DNA of 64,000 bases, from the IMG/VR virus record IMGVR_UViG_3300038435_000048, positions 12,277-76,276 of that record; one strand, given 5' to 3'. The stretch is from a virus (taxonomy: Duplodnaviria > Heunggongvirae > Uroviricota > Caudoviricetes). Position numbers and translations under genes: made by a program. The notes under the pieces were generated by a model. The model had not been told where the DNA came from. It did not search any database and saw nothing but the letters and a program-made list of their open reading frames with translations. Every line of letters begins with the position of its first letter. The stretch's first letter is position 1. Shown here piece by piece: positions 20,160 through 28,118 of the stretch.

Positions 20160-20691
20160 ACTAGCATTAGATCTAAATGGTAAACGCTTTGGCAGACTTG
20201 TCGTTAGCGATCAGGTGCGTAAGGTTGGACGTGCCGTACAACGCCTATGTCATTGTGAATGTGGTCATGAGACTTGGCAGATAGCAAATCATCTAACTTC
20301 TGGACACACCAAGAGTTGTGGGTGTTTATTGCGTGAATTCAAAAAGCTTAGTCCTGGAATGGCAGCCAGAAATGAAGTGCTAGATGACTATAGGCGTGGT
20401 GCTGCAAGTCGTGGACTTGAATGGAAACTAACAGACGACGAGTTTGACGCACTCATGTCTTCTGAATGCTTTTACTGTCACAGACAGCCAAATACCAGTC
20501 GAAAGTCAAGAAGATCTAATGGAGATTTTACCTATAATGGTATTGATAGGCTTGACAATAACAGAGGGTATAGACCGGCTAATGTTGTCGCATGTTGCAA
20601 GATCTGTAATCGAGCCAAGAGCGATATGACATATGATGAATTTACCGACTGGTTGCACGACGTGAGCGAGGCTATTCATGGAATCAAATAG
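20155..20691 (+). CDS. HNH homing endonuclease
   Basis: CxCxCG...KSCGC N-terminal module; CFYCHRQP...NGIDRLDNNRGYRPANVVACCKICNRAK HNH motif. Inserted between fcl and gmd. Confidence 0.75.
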   Translation, partial: GRLALDLNGKRFGRLVVSDQVRKVGRAVQRLCHCECGHETWQIANHLTSGHTKSCGCLLREFKKLSPGMAARNEVLDDYRRGAASRGLEWKLTDDEFDALMSSECFYCHRQPNTSRKSRRSNGDFTYNGIDRLDNNRGYRPANVVACCKICNRAKSDMTYDEFTDWLHDVSEAIHGIK

Positions 20692-21709
20692 AAAGCGTGT
20701 CGCCATGATCACTGGCGTCACTGGCCAGGACGGTTTCTATCTTGCTCACCATCTGCTGCAAGCGGGCTACTACGTTGTTGGTATTCGCCGCCGCACGTCA
20801 ATGCCCACGGATGGACGCCTCCGCACATTGCGTGGCAGCCCGAATTTCGTGTTAGTCGATGGTGACATTTCTGACCTTTCAAGCCTACAGGACATAGTGC
20901 GAAAGTTCCAACCAGATGAATTTTATCATTTGGCCGCACAAAGTCATGTCGCTATGTCCTGGAAATACCCGATCACTACTTGTGAACTGACAGGTCTTGG
21001 CGTCCTCAATTGTCTTGAAGCTATTCGTCAAGAGAAGATTGATTGTCGCTTCTACTTTGCTGGCTCAAGTGAACAGTTTGGCAACCCCATCCATAATGGC
21101 AAGGTAGCGAGCTTGAATGAAGATACGCCGATGGAGCCTGAGTCACCATATGCGGCGGCTAAGGTCTTTGGCTACAATATTTCTCAGGTGTATCGTCGTT
21201 CATTCGGCATGTACACAGCCTGTGGCATCTTGTTCAACCATGAGTCACCACTGCGAGGCGAAGAGTTCGTAACCCGCAAAATTACGAGCAACCTTGCTCG
21301 TGTCAAGTGGGGACTTCAAGAGTATGTCGAGCTTGGTAATATGGATGCTTGCCGCGACTGGGGCTTTGCTGGTGATTACGTGCGTGCGATGCACGCAATG
21401 CTACAGCTAGACGCTCCAGACGATTTCGTAATTGCAACGGGCTCTACTCATTCTGTACATGAGTTCTTTAATGCTTGTTGTAAGTGGTTTGGTCTGTCTC
21501 CTGAAAAGGTTTATCGGATCAATCCTGAATTCAAACGCCCTAAGGATGTTGAAGTATTGTTGGGCGATTCTTCCAAGGCTAGAGAGTTGTTAAACTGGTA
21601 TCCTCAGTGTGACTTCAATCAGCTAGTCGAGAAGATGTGTCGTTATGATCATCATCTTCAATCTCCCAATTCTGACTATGCCCGCAGGGCAGACGAATTC
21701 CTTTTCTAG
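20678..21709 (+). CDS. gmd: GDP-mannose 4,6-dehydratase
   Basis: MITGVTGQDGFYLAHHLLQAGYYVVGIRRRTS ... SPYAAAKVFGYNISQVYRRSFGMYTACGILFNHESPLRG. Confidence 0.85.
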   Translation: MESNRKRVAMITGVTGQDGFYLAHHLLQAGYYVVGIRRRTSMPTDGRLRTLRGSPNFVLVDGDISDLSSLQDIVRKFQPDEFYHLAAQSHVAMSWKYPITTCELTGLGVLNCLEAIRQEKIDCRFYFAGSSEQFGNPIHNGKVASLNEDTPMEPESPYAAAKVFGYNISQVYRRSFGMYTACGILFNHESPLRGEEFVTRKITSNLARVKWGLQEYVELGNMDACRDWGFAGDYVRAMHAMLQLDAPDDFVIATGSTHSVHEFFNACCKWFGLSPEKVYRINPEFKRPKDVEVLLGDSSKARELLNWYPQCDFNQLVEKMCRYDHHLQSPNSDYARRADEFLF

Positions 21710-21717
21710 GAGTCAAT

Positions 21718-22404
21718 ATGAATAAAAATGAAAAGCCGCACGAAGTCACTGAACGTGAAAAGCGTGCATGGAAAGATGGGGCCAAGCCCCGTAAGCGTGA
21801 ACGTCCCAAGCTATCAATGCCACAGCGTATTGAATTCTTGAAGATGGTTGCACAGTTAGCCAGCAACACAACCTTTGAGCGTAAATTCGGGCTAGAGCCT
21901 GCTGACGTTGAATTCTACAAGAAGCAGTTTGACGTTGAGTCTCAGGACGACGCCAGACGTTTGTATAAGCGTCTAGAAGTCGATATGATCGAAGGCAATG
22001 AAGAGCGTATCATCAGCGAAACAAGCAAAGCTCGTTCCGCTGAGGAGATTGCCAACATGCGTTTGAGAGAATTAGAACTGCGTCGTAACATTGAACGACG
22101 TGAAAAGGAAGTTGCCAAGCCGGATGGTAACAAGGTACGTGCAGAAGACGCCGAACGCCAACAACGTTTCCAGCAAGAACAAAAAAATCAAGTCGCAGAA
22201 GCTCTTAGCAAGAGCGAACCTTGGTGTCTACCACTTGAAGGAACTGCTGACGATCAGCGTGGCATGACAGAACGATTTCGTAGAGACATTGAACACTGTG
22301 GTATGCAGTTCTGCGTCAACAAGTATCAGGCATCTCCGCTTCAAATCAAATCAGAAGCAGCCAGACTCAAGCTACGCATCAATTGGGATCGTGTGAAGCG
22401 TTAA
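21718..22404 (+). CDS. hypothetical charged/coiled-coil protein
   Basis: ORF rich in Lys/Glu/Arg. Confidence 0.4.
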   Translation: MNKNEKPHEVTEREKRAWKDGAKPRKRERPKLSMPQRIEFLKMVAQLASNTTFERKFGLEPADVEFYKKQFDVESQDDARRLYKRLEVDMIEGNEERIISETSKARSAEEIANMRLRELELRRNIERREKEVAKPDGNKVRAEDAERQQRFQQEQKNQVAEALSKSEPWCLPLEGTADDQRGMTERFRRDIEHCGMQFCVNKYQASPLQIKSEAARLKLRINWDRVKR

Positions 22405-23123
22405 TGAAGTTGACGAAGCAAAGTCTGCAAGATCTATATGACACTATGTCTATAGATGCAATGGCTGCTCATTTGGGCATGTCAAAGTCCACTCTTTATT
22501 ATCATATGAAGAAGCTTGGCGTTGCTCGTAGAAGTAAGAGTGATGCCCAGCGTATGCATATCGATGCCTCTGGACATCAACGCACGGGCAGTCACCATAC
22601 GAACGAGACACGCGAAAAGATTTCCACCGGCACGAAAGAGTTCTGGGAATCGGATCGTGGCAAGGCACAGAAAGCTGCATTGCGTAAATTACGTCGCCAA
22701 GAGTGGGCGAATAGCACAAGTAAGAAGCGTGGAGCCGTATTAGCACGGTTGCAGGAAGCTCACCGGCCAGAACCCGGCGAGCTTTCGAATTTTGGTAAGA
22801 AGCTAACAGCATTCCTTTCGTCACGCGAGCGTGTTTCTACAGGAATCAAGCTGACGAACGACCACGTTTCTGACATAATCTTGGAAGACAGGAAGGTGGT
22901 TGTTGAGCTTATCTTCCCCATTAGCATTTATGGCGAACAACAGAAGCATCGTCTCGAAGAACGATACGATCGGCTATGTCAGCATCTAAACGCTGCCGGT
23001 TATCGTGTAATGATCATCGAAGACAAATCTAACTCAGTCTCTCAGGCCCGTTGTCAGCGGGCCTATGACCAACTATGTCTCTTCTTTCAAGAGACGCAAC
23101 CTGTAAAGACAATCGTTTCATGA
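22404..23123 (+). CDS. HTH + NUMOD3-like DNA-binding protein (possible degenerate homing endonuclease)
   Basis: MSKSTLYYHMKKLG helix-turn-helix and HHTNETREKISTGTKEFW NUMOD3-like motif. C-terminal D..E.QK pattern might be PD-(D/E)xK. Confidence 0.45.
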   Translation: MKLTKQSLQDLYDTMSIDAMAAHLGMSKSTLYYHMKKLGVARRSKSDAQRMHIDASGHQRTGSHHTNETREKISTGTKEFWESDRGKAQKAALRKLRRQEWANSTSKKRGAVLARLQEAHRPEPGELSNFGKKLTAFLSSRERVSTGIKLTNDHVSDIILEDRKVVVELIFPISIYGEQQKHRLEERYDRLCQHLNAAGYRVMIIEDKSNSVSQARCQRAYDQLCLFFQETQPVKTIVS

Positions 23124-23818
23124 TTACACCCAAGCTAGTACGTTACGGCACGAATTGGGAAGAGCAATTCCAGTCGTCAGAAGTTGGCACTCGAAAAGAA
23201 GATAATAGGGAGATGAAGGTTGTGTACCTTCGTGGTCTACAGCGTCTTGCTCAAGAGGCTGGCATTGTTCGTAGTGAGTGCTCTTTCAAGTTCATCTCTC
23301 AGAACGACACTGGCACTATTGGTATCATGCAAGCTGTGTATGTTGCCGAGTTCTCCGATGGCACGTCATGGACTGGAGCCGCTGATTGCAATTCTTTCAA
23401 TACGTCTGACAAGTTCATGCGTTACCCGACCGCCGTTGCTGAGTCGCGTGCAGAAGCTCGTTGCCTTCGCAAGGCTCTGAACATAGGTATTCTATCTTCG
23501 GAAGAGATTGGCTTTGTTGACGGCGGGGCAATCGAACAGATCGCCGCCTCCTCTAACAAGCAGATTGATTCGCAGGTTGTCAAGGCAATTGAAAAGCTGT
23601 GCGAAACTCGCAGCGTGACCACTGCCGAAGTGTTAGAGTCGGTTCTTAGCAAGGAACGCAATAGCTCTATTTTCGAGCTTAGCGAACTGACCGTGGAAGA
23701 AGGTCAGAAGGCAATGAGTTGGCTGAATGAGCAGAAGGCCAAGACTGTAAAGCTAACCGCCGCACAGGAACGTGATGCTCGCAAGAAAGAGTTGCTATCG
23801 CAACAAGAGAAAAACTAA
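23120..23818 (+). CDS. hypothetical protein
   Basis: ATGA-coupled ORF. Confidence 0.4.
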   Translation: MITPKLVRYGTNWEEQFQSSEVGTRKEDNREMKVVYLRGLQRLAQEAGIVRSECSFKFISQNDTGTIGIMQAVYVAEFSDGTSWTGAADCNSFNTSDKFMRYPTAVAESRAEARCLRKALNIGILSSEEIGFVDGGAIEQIAASSNKQIDSQVVKAIEKLCETRSVTTAEVLESVLSKERNSSIFELSELTVEEGQKAMSWLNEQKAKTVKLTAAQERDARKKELLSQQEKN

Positions 23819-24156
23819 TGAAGATTACCTATCGTGCTCGTAATGGCCTGTCGGCCGAGATGCAGGGTGAAAACCAGAAAGACCTCTTTCAACAGATTGC
23901 TTCTTTTCAAGAAGTGTTCGAAGAGACTGTCTGTGGAGCGTGTAGCGGAGAGGATCTACGCTTTGTTGTGCGTAATGTAGACGATAATGATTTCTACGAA
24001 CTGCACTGTCAAACTGTGTCCTGCCGTAGTCGTCTAGCATTTGGTCAACATAAGAAGGGTGGCAGTCTATTCCCAAGCCGCAAGGACAAGGATGGCAAGT
24101 GGCTACCTAAGAATGGTTGGACAAAGTGGAATCCTGAAACGAAGAAGGAAGAGTAA
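23818..24156 (+). CDS. Zn-ribbon hypothetical protein
   Basis: CGACSGED ... CQTVSCRS. Confidence 0.4.
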   Translation: MKITYRARNGLSAEMQGENQKDLFQQIASFQEVFEETVCGACSGEDLRFVVRNVDDNDFYELHCQTVSCRSRLAFGQHKKGGSLFPSRKDKDGKWLPKNGWTKWNPETKKEE

Positions 24157-24157
24157 T

Positions 24158-24406
24158 ATGGATGCACCTAGTTGGGGACCGGGAGGTCCGCCCGAAAAGA
24201 TTAACGTCTTCCGCAAGACGTATCGTAAACTTAATCAGGTTGAACTGGACTATCTTGACGCTTTGAAAGATAAGGCTCAGGAGTTGTACGATTTGATTGA
24301 TACTGGTGGCCCGACACATCAGGCTCCACAGTCTCGTGAGAAGTCTCTCGCAAAGACTAATCTGGAACAGGCTATCATGTGGGCGGTTAAAGACGTTACG
24401 CGATGA
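24158..24406 (+). CDS. hypothetical protein
   Basis: Internal Met immediately after the upstream stop. Confidence 0.35.
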   Translation: MDAPSWGPGGPPEKINVFRKTYRKLNQVELDYLDALKDKAQELYDLIDTGGPTHQAPQSREKSLAKTNLEQAIMWAVKDVTR

Positions 24407-24870
24407 CATTTTGTCGTTGCCATTGCCATACTATTCCTGGCGTTAAGCACGTTATACCGTGCTGTCATTGGTCTGGTGAGCAGTTTACATTTACGGAGTT
24501 ATACATGGGACTGACGTTTGAAGAATATCAGCGGCACTCTGCTGCTACTGCTAAGTATCCTAAGGTATTTGTTCAGCAGGAGGATGGTAGTATGCTTGAA
24601 GCTACCTACATCTATCCAGCCTTTGGTCTTGGTGGTGAATCTGGTGAAGCTCTTGAAAAAGTCAAGAAGCTTATTCGCGATCAGCGTGGTGTAGTAGATG
24701 AAGCTGCACGAGCGGCTATTGCCAAAGAGCTTGGCGATGTACTTTGGTATGTTTCTGCAATCTGCAAAGAGTTTCAGCTTGATATGGGCGATGTCGCTCA
24801 GGGCAATTTGGATAAGTTAGCGTCGCGTTCCGCACGCGGTGTGCTCGGTGGTAGTGGAGACAACAGATGA
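24403..24870 (+). CDS. mazG: MazG-like nucleotide pyrophosphohydrolase
   Basis: LTFEEYQRHSAATAKYP ... GLGGESGEALEKVKKLIRD ... ELGDVLWYVSAICKEFQLDMGDV. Start may instead be the internal Met at 24505. Confidence 0.6.
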   Translation: MTFCRCHCHTIPGVKHVIPCCHWSGEQFTFTELYMGLTFEEYQRHSAATAKYPKVFVQQEDGSMLEATYIYPAFGLGGESGEALEKVKKLIRDQRGVVDEAARAAIAKELGDVLWYVSAICKEFQLDMGDVAQGNLDKLASRSARGVLGGSGDNR

Positions 24871-26606
24871 AAATTTTGATTAAAGCTTTAGCAATTCTCG
24901 CTCTCTGTTCTGTAGGGGTCGCTCAAGTCAGTTCGTCTGCAAGAACTGCTATGAAGACGGCGAACATCGTCAGTGGTCCCGCACCGCTGTCTGTTGTGTT
25001 TGATGCCGTTGGTATTGATACTAAGGTTGTTCAACCAAAGAACTTCAATGATGCTAGCTATAAGTGGGGCTTTGGTGACTCCAATGCTGGTACGTTCGCT
25101 GTCAATGGCAAGAGTAAGAATAGTGCCTTTGGTTATGTAGCTGCTCACGTTTATGAAGTGCCCGGCACGTATACAGCTTCGCTACAGCTTGTGACATCAG
25201 ACGGTGCTCTTCGTAATTACACACAGATAATTACTGTTACAGATCCAGATGTGGTATATGCTGGACAGACATATTACATTGCTGATAGTGGAAATGATGC
25301 TACTGGTAATGGTAGTCTAGCTAACCCATGGAAGACGCCCAGTAGAGGATTCAGTGTTCTATGGAACGACTCTGTTCCACGTCGCATTCTCTTTAAGCGA
25401 GGCGATGTATTTGCAACGTCTCCATTACAGGCTCCTATGGGTGGACGAGTTGGTCCGTTCCATGTAGGTGCATATGGTACTGGTAGCAAGCCCATCATTC
25501 GTCTCACGACTACATCTGGTAGCGGCGACTATAGTATCTTGAACTTGTCGTATTGGCATCAATCGACTGGCCTAGCGGTTATTGATGGTTTGAGAATTGT
25601 CGATGTTGACTTTGACCGTGTTGACGATCGTGGTCAAGGCATCATCATTGGCAAAAATACTCTGTTGCTCAATTCATTGGTAACGAATTGTGGTACGGGC
25701 TTGACATGCTCTGACCCTATCTGTAAGAACAATGTTGTTGCCAAGTGTGAATTCTTATCTCAGGGCGTATATGCCATCTATTATTCTGTTGGCTATGGTA
25801 ACATTGGTTCTCCAGACCACTTCGCATTGCTAGACACGAAGGTTAATCCTCCCACGAACAACTCTCTAGTGAGAACATACGCTGGACGTATGGTGTGGCA
25901 GGGGAATAACTTCATTGGCTTTGCTAACCAAAGTCCTACACGTATTATGGGTATGTCAGATGAGCACCCTACCAAGTATGTTTGTGTAACGGACAACGTG
26001 TTTCAAGTTCAAGCAGCTTGGGTGCTAGAAATTGGTCCTGAAAACAATCAGAACGGTGATGGTGTTCACCCTCAAATTGTAGACACGCTTCTACTTGAAG
26101 GCAATATCTTTAGACGTGCCCCTGGTGGTGATTACTTCCAGACTTTTGCTATGCTCTGGGGCCACAATATTGAGGTACGCAATAACATCTTTGATTGTTC
26201 AAACACTATTGGTGGCAATGTTATCGAAGTAAATACTCGTGGCATTGGTCCTAATCCTCGTGGAGTTCGTGTTAGGAACAATACTGGATTCAGATCCACT
26301 TCTACTACAGAGGCGTGGAACTTTGTTGGCGTTGGTGTCGTTGGTGAGCCGGTGATTGTGGGGAACAACTTGGTGTACGCTCCAGCATCGACTGTGCGTA
26401 TTGCTACTGGCAATGCAACGACGTTCAATAACCTGACTGGTTATGACGCCTTTGTTGATGAAGCTAATGGCGACTTTCACTTGTTCTCTGGTACTAACTC
26501 AGCAGTGAACACTGGAGCAAACGCTCCTATCAGATACGATTTCGATCGTAACCCTCGTCCCTTCACCCCACTATGGGATATTGGGGCTTTCGAAAGGCAG
26601 CAATGA
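24867..26606 (+). CDS. secreted PKD-domain / right-handed beta-helix protein (putative polysaccharide depolymerase)
   Basis: Sec signal MKILIKALAILALCSVGVAQV; PKD-like VSGPAPLSVVFDAVG...GYVAAHVYEVPGTYTASLQLVTSDGA; long Asn/Gly-rich parallel beta-helix-like repeats. Confidence 0.55.
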   Translation: MKILIKALAILALCSVGVAQVSSSARTAMKTANIVSGPAPLSVVFDAVGIDTKVVQPKNFNDASYKWGFGDSNAGTFAVNGKSKNSAFGYVAAHVYEVPGTYTASLQLVTSDGALRNYTQIITVTDPDVVYAGQTYYIADSGNDATGNGSLANPWKTPSRGFSVLWNDSVPRRILFKRGDVFATSPLQAPMGGRVGPFHVGAYGTGSKPIIRLTTTSGSGDYSILNLSYWHQSTGLAVIDGLRIVDVDFDRVDDRGQGIIIGKNTLLLNSLVTNCGTGLTCSDPICKNNVVAKCEFLSQGVYAIYYSVGYGNIGSPDHFALLDTKVNPPTNNSLVRTYAGRMVWQGNNFIGFANQSPTRIMGMSDEHPTKYVCVTDNVFQVQAAWVLEIGPENNQNGDGVHPQIVDTLLLEGNIFRRAPGGDYFQTFAMLWGHNIEVRNNIFDCSNTIGGNVIEVNTRGIGPNPRGVRVRNNTGFRSTSTTEAWNFVGVGVVGEPVIVGNNLVYAPASTVRIATGNATTFNNLTGYDAFVDEANGDFHLFSGTNSAVNTGANAPIRYDFDRNPRPFTPLWDIGAFERQQ

Positions 26607-26893
26607 GACGACTGAGCCAGAAGCCCGTTGACAAGCGAATTTTTACGTGCCCTCAATGCAACAAGATGCGTATGACTCGCCCCTTGGCTCACGTAGTGAG
26701 CCAAGAGAAGCAGGAGTTCAAGACGCGAGACGGTAAGACGGTTTCACTCTTCACGGACACTTGTGATAATTGTGTTGGCAAGAATTATAGACTGTATTTC
26801 GAGCCAACTAAATCTGATATTCGCAAAGTGCTCAAGGCAATGAACGATGAGGCTCAGGCTTCGCCTGATGTGTCGCTAGAAGAACTTCTGTAA
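26603..26893 (+). CDS. Zn-ribbon hypothetical protein
   Basis: CPQCNKM ... CDNCVGK. Confidence 0.4.
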   Translation: MRRLSQKPVDKRIFTCPQCNKMRMTRPLAHVVSQEKQEFKTRDGKTVSLFTDTCDNCVGKNYRLYFEPTKSDIRKVLKAMNDEAQASPDVSLEELL

Positions 26894-26894
26894 T

Positions 26895-28118
26895 ATGGTC
26901 CGACACGCAAATCTGTGGTTTGAATCTTGCCCAACCAAGCGTGAAATCACGTCTGGTTTGATTAAGAACGTGGATACACTTATCATCGGCGGTGGGCTCG
27001 CCGGGATAAGCCTGCTGTACTACCTCGTCCAAGGGGGTATGATTAATACCTATCTTGTGGAGGAAACATCAGTAGGATTCCATGCGTCTGGACGAGGGAT
27101 GGGACAGCTTCTATTGCGGGGCAATAAACTGTTTCATGAAATGTCAGACGGCGAAGAGTACCTTGAGTTTGTTGGTGAGAACAATAGACGCTTTTTGAAT
27201 GGTATGCGGGTTCTAACCTTTGATCACGACATGCGTGAGACTGGTGGGTTAAGGCTTGCAATCGATGATGAAGAAATGTCTAAGTTGGAGAAGGAAGCCG
27301 CCTTCATTCAGCGTGTCCGTGGCATTGACTGCCCTGTTCTTTCCAGACGCCAATTGGACCTCATGGTTCCACAGAAAAACTTCGTTGGCGGAATCTTTGT
27401 TCCTAATGAAGCCACTTACAATCCATACAAGGTAGTCAATGGACTACGCGATGCTGTTGAGAAGGGTGGTACTCGTGTATTCACAAACACACAAGTGGAA
27501 TCGGTGGTTCCAAATGACGATGGTAGTTTGACTGTTTCAATTCGACATCGCGGAACGATTCGAGCCAAGCAAGTAGTGTACTGTACTGGAGCATACACAA
27601 ATAGACTGTTGCCAGAGTTTGCAGATATCCTCGTTCCGTTTCGTGAACAGATGATAGCTACCGACTATCTTGAAAACGACATTGTACAGTCTCTACCTAC
27701 CATGAGCATTTCGTGCAACAATGGTAATGAAAGATTCCGCCAGTACAATGCACGTTTGATCATGGGAGGAATGCGTCAGGCCGTTCGCGGACAGCAAGAG
27801 GGTATCGTATACGATGGAGAGATTAGCTCTGCTGTGTATGAAAAACTTCGTCTATACGCAATCGAGTCTTTTCCAGTCTTGAAATCTGCTAAATTCAGTC
27901 ACGTTTGGTCAAGTGTTTTCTGCTCCACCCCGGACGGGAAGCCACTTGTTGGACCCGTGCCCGACAAGCCCAACCAATACATACTGACTGGATTCGGTTG
28001 CTATGATTCTAGCAACGCGATTCTAGGTAGCATGATGATTAAAGACTACATCAAGCATAAGGACTCGACTGTACCCGGTCACAAGATTTTGAATCCAGGA
28101 CGCTTCTTAAATGTTTGA
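26895..28118 (+). CDS. FAD-dependent oxidoreductase (DAO family)
   Basis: DTLIIGGGLAGISLLYYL dinucleotide-binding motif. Confidence 0.6.
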   Translation: MVRHANLWFESCPTKREITSGLIKNVDTLIIGGGLAGISLLYYLVQGGMINTYLVEETSVGFHASGRGMGQLLLRGNKLFHEMSDGEEYLEFVGENNRRFLNGMRVLTFDHDMRETGGLRLAIDDEEMSKLEKEAAFIQRVRGIDCPVLSRRQLDLMVPQKNFVGGIFVPNEATYNPYKVVNGLRDAVEKGGTRVFTNTQVESVVPNDDGSLTVSIRHRGTIRAKQVVYCTGAYTNRLLPEFADILVPFREQMIATDYLENDIVQSLPTMSISCNNGNERFRQYNARLIMGGMRQAVRGQQEGIVYDGEISSAVYEKLRLYAIESFPVLKSAKFSHVWSSVFCSTPDGKPLVGPVPDKPNQYILTGFGCYDSSNAILGSMMIKDYIKHKDSTVPGHKILNPGRFLNV

